NCBI GenBank assembly: GCA_040437565.1
Contig: JBDOQK010000024.1
Coordinates: 248,001-312,000, forward strand
Direction: 5' to 3'
Origin: Albugo candida
Taxonomy: Eukaryota
Length of the DNA: 64,000 bases
The notes beneath the pieces are model-generated. The model was not told where the DNA came from. It searched no databases and saw nothing but the letters and a program-made list of their open reading frames with translations. The first letter of the stretch is position 1, and the number at the start of each line of letters is the position of its first letter. Of this stretch, positions 10,661 through 22,600 are shown one piece after another. A program made the position numbers and the translations under genes.

Positions 10661-13486
10661 ATGCAGTCACCCATACAGGGTCAAAAATATACACTCACGT
10701 CTCCAAAAAAACTTGCACCGAGCGATACTATGACAGAAACGACTCCATTTCTCACGAATCGAAAGCTTCTACCTAAGAATCTCGAAGGGAGGAGAAAGAA
10801 AAAGTCGAGGGTGTATCAAACATCAGAGCCTTCGGATATCATTAAAAAAGATGGTGTCGTAAAAAAGAATTCAAAAACGAGGGGAAATGGACCATTACCG
10901 CTTTGGTTTCGAGGCACAATCACGCTAGCCGTAGCACTCACCTTTCTTTGTGTTCTTTCGTTATTGGCGTATGATAAACACCCAGCAGCGTCACATATAC
11001 CGACTTTGTATGTCGGCGTTTTAAATTCGTTGATTGGAAGCTACTTATCCGCAAGCGGGTATTGCTGTCAGAAATGGGCGCACCTGAAAGTTGAGCACCG
11101 CCCGCACATTGGATCCGCCTCTCAGCAAGGATCTTTCATTTTGGGGCTGATACTCTTGGCTATTGGAACTGTATCTGCTGTACTTAACTTGGGCTTACTT
11201 GGGCAAGCTGTGCAAGCCCCATTTGCAGCACTCACGTTGATTCACAGCGCCTTACTTGCTCGATTTGTTCTGAAAGAGAAGTACTCGGTCTACGATGCAC
11301 TATCAAGTATCTTTATCGTTTTAGGAGTTGGTGTGAGTGTATTTGCTGCGCAGTCTAGTTCTACCTTGATGCACGAAGCGTATACGTTGAATTCGCTTTA
11401 TAATGTATTCTTCCGCAATTCTGTGATGCCGGGATTGTATACTATCACCTCGATACTAGTTGTCACTTTTCTTCTTCGTAGAGTCCGTTCTGCACGCTTA
11501 CGTCGTCAAAAAATAGGTCTTTTCGCATTCAGCTTTTGTGCGGGGATCATGGCTGGGTATACAAGTCTCACGACAAAGTCAACGCTGGAGATACTCAAGT
11601 CCATTTTCACTTCTCCGTCACAATCACCGCTACGTTCTGATATACTGAGCTCGGTGATCATGAATCCGTTATTCATCGTGCTGGTCGTCGGTATTCCGGC
11701 GTCTCTCAGTACACAATTGTTTCTTCTCAACAAAGGGCTGGAACACTTTGGAACTCTCAAGTTCATTCCTTTGTATCAGGCTTTTATCATTCTTGGGAAT
11801 ATGTTCTGTGGGGCGGTATTTTTCAATGAGATGATGCACTATACCGCTAAGGCTCTGATATTATTCTTGATTGGAGTATTGATTACCGTTTCCGGGGTCT
11901 GTATGCTGCTAGCCAAGGTAGAACTGGAACGCAGAAACTCGGATGCGACACGGAAAACTTCTGCTGATGATCAGGATCCAGGATCCGCCGAGTCTGAGCT
12001 ATCTCAATTTGAAACAATGTTTTCTTTTTCTGAAATGAAGTGGGCAACAACCGAATCGAGTCCCCATGATCTTGTAATGGCCCATGACTTTGATGAATGC
12101 AAAAAGATGATTGTGAGTCTCATGCAATCAGCAACAAAATCGATCCATTATTCGACATTTCTATGCGATTTCGCTCAGCCACTGAATAAATTTAAAGGAG
12201 AAGACGGGGATTTGAGTATCATATCGTGCATTACTGCAGCAGCAGCTCGTGGCGTTTCGATACATATTCTGTACAATCCAGTCGGGGACTATGGAACGGA
12301 AACAATCAATCGGGTGCAAGCTCAATTACCCCCTGGAGTATTTTTGACTTGCGCTATCAGCAATTTAGGGCCGGGTCCACTGACAAAGTGGTTTTCCAAC
12401 AACTCGAAATATGCATTCCATCACCAAAAGTATCTCTGCATTGACGGAACTAGGATAATGGTTACAGGTTGTGACGTTAACCGTGAAAGAAATGGCTGGT
12501 TGGAACGGAATGAATTAGGATACTATTGGCATGAGGTTAGTGTTTTGGCAAAATGCACCTCAGACATGTTTGAATGGATTTGTCATAACCACGGTGACAA
12601 CGAATTAACGTATACTCCTGTACATCGTCGACTATCAACCGTCACGCAGACTCGGCACCATTATGACGAGAAGCTGGATGCTAATGCACCACCATTTCCT
12701 CTCGTGTCAGGTGGCTGGAGGGAAGAGAATGCAATGGTGAACATGATTCTCAATGCAACTCGGTCCATTCATCTAGAAAATCAAATTATGATATCAGGCG
12801 GTAACTTGCAACACAATCGCGTTCTCAAAGCCATAGCATCACGTGTCGCTCGGGCTTTTGACGAAAAAGATCAAGGTTTTCATGTTATAATTCTGACAAA
12901 TAAGGCACAACAAGATGAACCTTCACTCGTAACCCGTTGGTACTGCACTTTATCGACACAGTGGTCTATGGAACAACTGGAAATTGCGATGTTATCGTTT
13001 GGAATACCACGGAATGAGATCGCAAATTATGTTTATATCGGGAGACTTGTAGCGGATGGTGTCTTGGTGAAGATACACTCAAACATTCTGATCACAGACG
13101 GGCAGTACGCACTCCGATCATCTTCTAATCTAGCGGATCGAAGTCTCAGTTTTCGCCCGACCGATACAGAACTCGGTTTATTATTCTCAGGGCAAGTGGT
13201 CACCCAATTTCAGCAAAAACTATGGAACATGTATTTCCGCACAAAAGACGTTCCATACACGATAGAAAAAGTGTTTGCGCTTTTACGTACATCAACAATT
13301 CCATCCAATATCAAATTAAAGTCGACTAGCTGTGTCGTACAGCTACGCAAACGCCCGTGGAATCCAATGCTCACGCGATTTCTGATGAGTACTTTCATTC
13401 ACGCAAGTGAGGGTGCGACAGGAGGGCGCCGAAAGGTGACATATCAAGTCCAAGCAAAATGCATCGGTAATTCGACTCTCAGCTAA
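10661..13486 (+). CDS. NIPA-type Mg2+ transporter (DMT superfamily) fused to a C-terminal phospholipase D domain
   Basis: Single uninterrupted 941-aa ORF. The N-terminal half has about 9-10 hydrophobic segments with NIPA signatures (GSYLSASGYCCQKWAH; QAPFAALTLIHSALLARFVLKEK; QLFLLNKGLEHFGTLKFIPLYQ; GAVFFNEM). The C-terminal half has HQKYLCID (12422), WHEVS, IHLENQIMIS and HSNILITDGQYALRSSSNLADRS (13076). Confidence 0.88.
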   Translation: MQSPIQGQKYTLTSPKKLAPSDTMTETTPFLTNRKLLPKNLEGRRKKKSRVYQTSEPSDIIKKDGVVKKNSKTRGNGPLPLWFRGTITLAVALTFLCVLSLLAYDKHPAASHIPTLYVGVLNSLIGSYLSASGYCCQKWAHLKVEHRPHIGSASQQGSFILGLILLAIGTVSAVLNLGLLGQAVQAPFAALTLIHSALLARFVLKEKYSVYDALSSIFIVLGVGVSVFAAQSSSTLMHEAYTLNSLYNVFFRNSVMPGLYTITSILVVTFLLRRVRSARLRRQKIGLFAFSFCAGIMAGYTSLTTKSTLEILKSIFTSPSQSPLRSDILSSVIMNPLFIVLVVGIPASLSTQLFLLNKGLEHFGTLKFIPLYQAFIILGNMFCGAVFFNEMMHYTAKALILFLIGVLITVSGVCMLLAKVELERRNSDATRKTSADDQDPGSAESELSQFETMFSFSEMKWATTESSPHDLVMAHDFDECKKMIVSLMQSATKSIHYSTFLCDFAQPLNKFKGEDGDLSIISCITAAAARGVSIHILYNPVGDYGTETINRVQAQLPPGVFLTCAISNLGPGPLTKWFSNNSKYAFHHQKYLCIDGTRIMVTGCDVNRERNGWLERNELGYYWHEVSVLAKCTSDMFEWICHNHGDNELTYTPVHRRLSTVTQTRHHYDEKLDANAPPFPLVSGGWREENAMVNMILNATRSIHLENQIMISGGNLQHNRVLKAIASRVARAFDEKDQGFHVIILTNKAQQDEPSLVTRWYCTLSTQWSMEQLEIAMLSFGIPRNEIANYVYIGRLVADGVLVKIHSNILITDGQYALRSSSNLADRSLSFRPTDTELGLLFSGQVVTQFQQKLWNMYFRTKDVPYTIEKVFALLRTSTIPSNIKLKSTSCVVQLRKRPWNPMLTRFLMSTFIHASEGATGGRRKVTYQVQAKCIGNSTLS

Positions 13487-13649
13487 GAGAGCCGCAAATT
13501 AAAGTGTCAGTCAGTGCATTTTTCTTTTCCATTAAAGAATCGTCAATATATGCATATTTATCCTCACAAAACTGATCCAAAAATCGGGGTCTTCAAAACT
13601 GGGCCTTTAAGCTTGTTCTGTCGTTCTGTGACCTTTGGCTTATCGAGCC

Positions 13650-16600
13650 ATGTCTCCACTGAGACGTCATAAACGCAAGCCAGCTTCAGTGTGGCTGGAT
13701 ACCCTGCAAGACAAAGACAAAGAAGTGAGAAGCGAATCGGAGCAGGACCGTAATGACTACTTGCTCAATCGCCTGAGACCTGGATCAGCAGTTGGTCGCA
13801 AGTACTTTGTGACAAAAAAGGTATCTAAAAAAGAATCGGGTGACGATGGAGCTCGTGCAGTGGATAGTAACACACAATCTGCCACGTACAAAGATGATAG
13901 TAGTACGGTCAAGATGGTTGACTGCATGACCTTGGAAAAATTTGATCGTGGTAAGAATGCCAATACTCGTGAGATGCTGCTACTACAAGCTGGGATCATT
14001 GTAGATTATTGTGCAAATGATTGCCTTTTACGTTACGTATTGACCGTGATTATGGAAAAGCGTCAAATTATTCGCAAGCAGATCCCTAAACTAAATCGTG
14101 CGTTCATTCCCTGTTCTCGTACTGAAGCTGAGTGAGATATGAAGCAGATATTGTTATGCAGAAAGCTGCTACCCCGCATAAAGACGTGCTCTATTTGGTC
14201 AAAATGTCGCCACAAGAGGTTCCGTTTGGATTTGAAAATAACTACTGGCTGAAGATCGTCTCCGAGACCTCGATATCAGCTTTCAAACATGCGACCTTTT
14301 TTACCCTTAGTCCAAATGGAATCACTGAGTTTCGATGCTCTCATATATCGCCTTATTCGAACCAAATCAATACACATTCTCGCACAAATTCCATCAGAGC
14401 GATCGACCTGACCGACTTGATGACCTGGATCAATGAGAAGCTTGCGTTTGACCATATTGCAAGCATGAAAAGTCTTGAGCGTATCCAGCTAATGATTTTT
14501 TACTTATCATGGAAGCATAATACCCTGCAGCAAAAGCATGATCGCGCCAAGAACTATCTGAGCAATCGGTTATTTGTTTGTGATCCTTTTGCTCGTCCAC
14601 TAATCGGTGTGATTCAAGCTCAGTGCTGGAAGGTACTTATATCTAGCATCAATGTCACTGCATCTTCACACGTATAATCGACCATAGATTGCTCAACTTA
14701 ATCCCGATCTACTTACCACGAATATGATCAGAGGATTGAAATCACTTGAAAAGGTTCGAACTTCATTACGGTGAAAATCTGTACCTAAATGCAACGTTTT
14801 ACAGCACCACATAGAGAAGCTTGAAGAAGTAAAAGCTCAGATAGTATCAAATATTCAAATAATCATCTGTGCGATAAACTCACTCGAGAGCTTCCTACTG
14901 GATTCAGGACACAATTGTCCGAGTCGGCAAAACTGCAGCAAATCTCTTCCAAGTATGATGGCAGCGAGCGTCACGTCCAAGAATTCGCAATGCAATGAGC
15001 AAGTAGAAATATTTCGAAATGAATGGCTGGGTTGTGTCACGGCGATACGTGACAAGACTCGTTCGAGCAATTTGACGCAACGAATGTATACCTTATATCG
15101 ATTGACGGATCTTCTGATCAAAGAGTCACTAAGCACGCATCTCGCCCTATATTACGACACATTTTATGCCCGGATTTGTGGTATATCTCGTGATGCCACA
15201 GAACAGAACAAAGCAAACGATTCTATGGACATGACAACCAGGCTTTGCAGTGATGAGGAGTCACTGATTTTGGATATTTTTTATTCAAGACGTTTTTATC
15301 TAAGAAAAGCAAATATCATAGAACCGCCTGAGCCGTTTGTACATGCAAAAGTCGATTTTTCTATCGCAAACAATGGAAACATATCATCAGTCTCGATACA
15401 TCCACAAGAAGAAGACTGTTTGAAAACTATTCATGGGATGTGGCTTGCATTTACTACCGCTTTGGACTCCATGCCTCGAGTGGTAAGGCCATTACGCTCT
15501 CTATTTGTCCACAATGCTAATTTGATGTATTGCTAGATCATGGAAAGGAAAATTGCTTCCAATCTAAACCCGTTCCCACCCGATCAAAAGGCACTATTCA
15601 TCGAGGTTTCCTATCTAAAGCCTTCGTGTCAGGTACTGGCTAAGAATAAGCAGCGTTTCGGAGAGATGAAGCGAGCAATTGAAATCTACTACAAGCAACT
15701 CAATGTATGTTTGCGTTTGTAACGCAGATTCTCTTTATGGGCTCATGCATCTCTGTGAGAAGATTTTATTAGAAGAACACAGAAGAGTACTGTCTAGTAT
15801 TGCCAATATGCATCTTGGTAATGAAATAGCTAGCGCCGCAATTTTTGAACGAGCAACGATTCAAGTACAACAAGATTTAGATGGTTCGACACTTCCTGAT
15901 ACATCGTTTCTCTCTGACGCATCTTTCAGCATCGATGCTTTTGAGGACGAGTACAAGACTTGGACCTCTGTATATGATTATGCAACTATGCGTCAATATA
16001 GTCAAGTTGGCATGATTGTACTCGATCAAAGTTCTCTTTTATCCTTTCTCAACTTGCAAGCCAGGGAAGGATTGATGGCAAACGTGCAAGCACTACCTCG
16101 ATGTTACGAGTACTTCTTGCGGGTGATGATCAATATTCTTCGTCCTATAATGGAGCATATCACTATTGTTGCGACGACGATTGAAGAAGGCAGAGTTTGG
16201 GTAGCAAGGGCAAGTCAATTACTCAGTAGCCATCCGTGGCGGAAATTATTCGACTCACACTGTATGAAACTGAAGCTATTCAGAGAAGTCATATCACGAC
16301 GTGCATGCGATGATCATGATTCCTCACTTTTAGATGATAGTGATCAAGTTGATCTTCGTAGATGTGAAGTCGAGTGGGAATCACTTTTTGAAGCCTTCTT
16401 GTCATGTTTGAAACGCGTGCAAGAGCGAGATTGTGATCAACGAAGAATTCTTGACAACTTGCTGGACACGACAGAGCAAAGTATCACGAGCAAGACACAA
16501 GCATTAAGACGTGAATTCTGTCAGGAATTATCGATACTGAAAGGAGCGGAACATCTTGATGAAATCGGGACCATTCAACCGAGGAATTCGGGAAGCCCGC

Positions 16601-19600
16601 AGTTGTTGATACAAAAAATCAGAAGCGTTGTCGATCTCGAATCTGAAAAAATGATGTTACAAGAACATTTGTTAAAATTGAATACTTTGGGAAGCTTCTC
16701 GCAAAAAGAAGCACGACGAGAGTGTACGAAGAAAAGTTTAATTACATTGGGAACGAAAGAGATTGAAGGTCAAATGAGTGATGAAATAGCTGGATTTGAA
16801 AAGCTATCCCCGAGTAGGACACTTTTGGATCAAGCGCTATTTGTGCTAGATATACGAAATCATCTCAAAAAATGGTTTTCTTGTGTCATGACATGGAATG
16901 AAACTTATATTCTTAATCTCGATCCCGATGCTGTATCCTCTCAGCTCAGTCAGTTCCGTTGTTGGGTATCTGTATCCCTGCATCACATTCATGCACTTAA
17001 ATGGGAAGATGATGAGGCTCTTGCAGACAGTGAAAAAATCATTCAAATTCCACTCGATACCGAGCTGTATTCTTTAAACATCGTACAAGGTCAAATCCAT
17101 GAAATGGAGGAAAATTTGAGTATTATAACTGCTTTGAAGAGTAAATCTTTCGACGAAGACAAGTGGCGAATGCTGCCTTGGGAAAGTATCTGTGTCCTTT
17201 TAACTCACGAAAACTCACAACAGCAATATGGTGACCCCGCTCGCACTTTACGAGAATTTTTGACTTTACAAACATTGCAAACCCTGTGGAAGCAACACAA
17301 AGAGTCTTCAACACCCGAAAATACCACAGGAGTGGAAGGTTTTGCAATTCACACTAAGCAGTCCTTACTCGATCTGAGCAGAGATGTGAACGAAAGTGAT
17401 GCGCTGGGTCAAAGGGTAGCAAATCTTGCCAGTAAACTTGACACAATTCTCATTAGGATTGTTCCAACGAATCTGTTGCCCGAGGAATCAGCAGCCGGGG
17501 AGGGAAAAGGTCTCACAACCTTTGTAGCTACTTCTTATCATATCGATGGGCTACGAAAAGCATCTATCGCTTTGCAAGAAATTTGTATGGAACTCAGGGT
17601 TTGTCGCCAATTTAATCGCGGCTATTTCCTCAGCCTGATCCAAGATACTTATACAGATGTTCAGAATCGAATTCGATTATGTCACAACATTGAAAACTTT
17701 CAGAAGAACTGGCTATCCATAGCTGAAGCCTCCAAGCTATATGAGATTGACGAATTCACCTGTAAAAAGGATCAGGAATCACTACACACTTCTATAATGG
17801 GTCGACATGTAAGCAAGAGGAATTTTGAGAGTGACTGGAAATCAATCTGCAAGACTTGGACATTATGGAATGACTGCTTGCGTGACCTCTATCTAGCAAA
17901 AGAATCTCCGAATCAGCTAACAAGGGTACCGTCCAACAAAGACAAAGTTGGCATCATTTCGTCTCATTATACGTCTCAGTCTGCACAAAAAATCGCAAGC
18001 AATTTGAAAAAGTCAACCGATGTGAAGTCTAACTTGTCGAAAAAGCACGTCCAAAGAAAATGGCGAAGAATCGACGACGTATGGAACGCATTTGCGAAGT
18101 TTGATTGGGAGCAACATGTACAATACTGTGAGAAAGCTCTATTTATTTTGGATGTGTATCTCACAACCTGCGTGAGAGAAAAAGTTCCGAGACTGTATTG
18201 CCTATCCAACCAGGAACTTTTGCATCTAATGCTTATCGCTGATCACGAGGTCCACGAGTCAGCAGATACAAGTACCAGCTCAATCATACTCAATTCTGTA
18301 TTTGCTAAATGCTTCTCTCCCGGACTCCATTTTGAAGTTTGCGACGCACAATCAGGAGCAATGCGACCAGATACTGAATGGAAGGCTGATGAAGAATACA
18401 GCCACGCTACTTCAAGCTTTATCTCAACAATCAGAGGCGTTTCTCTTTCGTCACTAGACCAACGCGTATCTCGGAAAAGAACTGGGATGCTTTTTTTCAG
18501 CGCTCCCATTGTCCTTGTCGGACGACTTGCATTTTGGTGGGTTAGGCTTGAAGGTGAGATGTACAAGGTAGTACACGATAATGTATGGCTTCTTATCGAT
18601 CAGTTTACTTCATACCTTGAAGAATTAGAAAACAGCGAGGTTGACGAACTGAGTAGCCATAGCGTCGAGAAGGAAATGATCGTAAGCTCATGGATCACGC
18701 GTCAAGAAAAAATCACAAAACGTCCAATACTACCTCAGTCTATTGTGACCGCACTGATGAGTTACTTTACCAGAAAACTGGACATCACATTATCTTCCTT
18801 GAGCGCATCAACAAGCTCTGAAAACAACAAAGCTCAGAGTCTTTCGCATGTCACAGAGATACAATCGCGGATTATGGAGAACTTGGTCGACTGTTATCGG
18901 GATTCCACGACGCAAATGAGAGTCAAAGTTCATATTGATAATTTGTTACTTGTTTGCATCTATCACCGTGAGCTTATAACGATCCTCGTTCAAGCTTCAA
19001 GAGACGGAAGATCTCCTGAACTGATCTGGAAACTGCAATTGCGCCTACTTACCGAATCAAAAGTGACCGAGCACCTGCAATTACTCAAAGATAGTGCCTC
19101 TAGCACTTCCAGCCATCGCTCAATGTACAATGCGGTCTCGAATGCGATGCACTATCTCAGGCCGAATGATCAGAGAGCAGAACTTAAATCAAAGTCAAAG
19201 CATCAGAAAAGCTCATTAGGCCTGATAGCTTCTGTTGGCGATATCTCCATCCCATTTGGACACGAGATGATTGGGAACTACAAGCTTTCTTTCCTCACAC
19301 CGTGCACCGAAAGGTGCTTATTTGCGCTGTGGATGGCATTACGCTTCCAAAATTTGGCTTCGTTCACATCGAGCCCAGATTCAGACAAATCAAGTATTGC
19401 TGATGGATCAACGTACGTAAATGATATTGGTATGCTGCTTATGCGGTGGTGCGTGCGCTACACCGTCAGCAATCACGTCCAGAGCTCAGGTAGTCTCAAT
19501 TTACACACACGTACAAATCTTTTGTGTCGTCTGCTGCACGCAATCGTTGCACTGGATGGATTTTTGCTTATTGATGCTCGGGAAGACCTGAAGCACATCA

Positions 19601-22600
19601 AACAAGAGATGTTCCGTGAAATCAGATGCCAAATTGAAAAGTTTCGCGTGTTAGCGACACAGATTTCTCACGAGGGAAGTCCAAATGTCACGTCAACAGC
19701 AGCTCAGATGCAGTCTACTCCTGGGATTTGGATCTTTACGAGTCCGGCTCAGTTCAAGCGGAAGAATCTTTTCAAAAGCATAGATACGAACTTTCAGACA
19801 TTTTCAATCATCTCACCTCCTATCGAGCTTATAGTCACATCCTTGCTTATACGATCCGGAAGCGATTTACAAGATGTTTATGACACTCGGATTCCTATGT
19901 TTTTGAATGAGTTGTTGGATTACGAACAGGACCCTGAAAGACTGAGCACTCTCGCCTCAGTATTTGGCCTCGCTTTGACGTCCTCTATGCATATAATTCG
20001 TCATATATTTTCAGCTATCAATGATCTCAAGAAAAGTGCCAAAATATTGTACTTCCCAAGCAAAGATGAATCAGCACAACGAAGAATGACGAGAGTAAGC
20101 ATGACGGCTAAAGATATCAATAGAGACGGTAACGTAGACCGTGACGCATGGATACTTGCTCAGCAAGCTATGATTCATCACGTCCTTGAGAGTAGTATGC
20201 ATCGAAGGCTAAACTTTCTCCATTCAGCAAGTAGTACGATGCACCACCGCATCACTATGCTACTCAAATTGCTAACTTACTTACAACAAAAGTATCTACC
20301 GGTCACTGCACAGTGCAGGGTCTACGAGTTTGCCAAAAGGTTTGTCAAACTAGCAGAACCAATCCCGGAAGCCTTACGCATTGCAGCATATCATATGCAA
20401 AAAGATTGTAACGAACAGATCACAAATGTGTGTCTTGATAGTTGGAAATCGATGCAATCTCAGATGGACCTTCGCCACGCAGCACGCGATAGGACGAGCA
20501 ATTCCCAAATGGCTGTACCTTTGGGTATTATCGTATATGGTGATCCTGCATGTGGCAAAACGACTATGATCAAAATTCTTCATCACGCTATCTGCGCTCT
20601 AGAAGAGATTGATGATTCAGATGACAGATATATAGATTTTGAAGGACGGGATGTTCGAACGGTACGACCCGCAGAGTTAGCGACAATAAACCCTCATTTG
20701 CTTGGTGCTTTGGATTTGCTCGGTGAGTTTGCTAAAGATACAAGTCTTCATGAGACAGGAGTCGACACGGCTCGTTTTGGCTTACTCGGGAGAATGCTGA
20801 ACCTGAAAAAACGACACAACGATGACCTGGGCTCGGAAGATAGCATTGTGAGAAGACGCTGGATCCATGTTGATGCGAATGAAGCGCTGTCAAGCGCCTG
20901 GATTGAAGACTTTGTCACGTTTACATCACATTACTATCGATCAATTTCTGATACCTTTGGCAGTGTTCAGAGGAATTGGTCGTTTATATTCGAAACAATA
21001 GACCTGTCAGCTGCCTCCCCGTCATTTCTCTGGATAGTTTTTCGGCCTGTGTACGTAGAAAGCAGTCTTTATTCCTATCAGGGTCTCATAGAACGATGGA
21101 AGACTACCTGGCGGCACCGTCAAGATTCGAGCCTCCAGATTGATGAGGACCCTATATCTTCTCCGGCGGCCCAGCTTTTATCGCATGCATTCCAACTAGT
21201 TGAAGTGATTTTGACTGATGTTTGCAATTCGTACACACAATCAAGTTTTGATTGTAGTGGCAGTGAAAGTATCTCAACCTTTGGTGGAATTTCTTTCAAC
21301 TATTTGACGATCCATACTCTTGATGTCCTGGACTACATTCTGTCTAACCTTCTGGAACAATTACGAGAACAAGCTAAAGCAGAACCTTCCATCAAGAGTA
21401 ACGGTACAAAATCCTCTTTTCTATTATCGTCTCGATATAATTTATCAAGAGCAATCCGTCTGTGCTGCTTTGGAATGGTATGGTGTGTCTCGGGTCATTT
21501 AGAGGAGATCAATCGAAGAAAATTTGAGCTGTTGGTTCGGCAAAAGCTGGGGAATATTTCTCGCGACAAAATCTTTGCTGTAATTAGTGAGTCAGAAATG
21601 AGCTTATACGCATCCGAGGAATTTTTCAGAAGCTCAAGCTCCCCCAAGCAGTACAAGCAAAAAGTTGAGACGATATATTATCTCCCAGCACGCGATGCGT
21701 TCACAAACTTATTTGACTTTGCTCAGTTGCTGCTTTCGACTGGCAGAGGCTCCTTTCTACTATTTGGACCACGCGGATGTGGAAAATCGAGCTTATTGAG
21801 GCGCCTGATGCAAGAGATCAGTAAGAAACTCGAAGAGGAACGTGATCTGGAAGTTCCAATGAAAGCTAGGCAAACTCGTAGCATACTGGACATGAATGAC
21901 CGCGGTAGACTCGTAGTCGATTTCTCTACAGAGGATCATGAGGCAGCAATCGACGACATGCCTCGTCATGTCAATGAGCTACCATCAGCTTACGATTACG
22001 TATTTATCGACAATCTCTCACTGCTGGAAGAGCATCAGAAACAATTCAATTATCATCAACAAAATATCATGTCCACAGCTCAGTATGAATGGATTCGGAC
22101 AATATTGGATCATCAGTTATGCTATCACCATCCCACACGGAAGATGGAACATTGCAGAAAGCAATTTGGGGGCGCCTTAAGTACCACAGAAGAGCGAGAC
22201 TGGAAGCCACAATTGACGCAAAGGTTTATCCGCCATTTTACCTTACTACGAGTACCACCATTGCTCAAACACGAAACTATGTCGATATTTCGAGGGAAAT
22301 TCCGTGAAGTCTTCGATATACCCTTAGAGACCCCTGCGCCAGTCGAGGTGATTTGTCGCCCGTTCCTATCCATTGAAGAAGCAATTTTGAGATCAACCGT
22401 TGATTTTATCGATGAATTCACCAAAGTCACTGGACACTGGCGAATCTATTGCACGGAGGCTGCTGGAAATTATATACAATCGCTTCCTGTACTGCTTCAC
22501 ATAAATTCGCATCACATCAATGAGATTTTAAGTCGCACACTACGTTCTCATCGAGAGGCTGTGTCAGATCAGACTAAAAATAATGAAAACAATACCTTCA

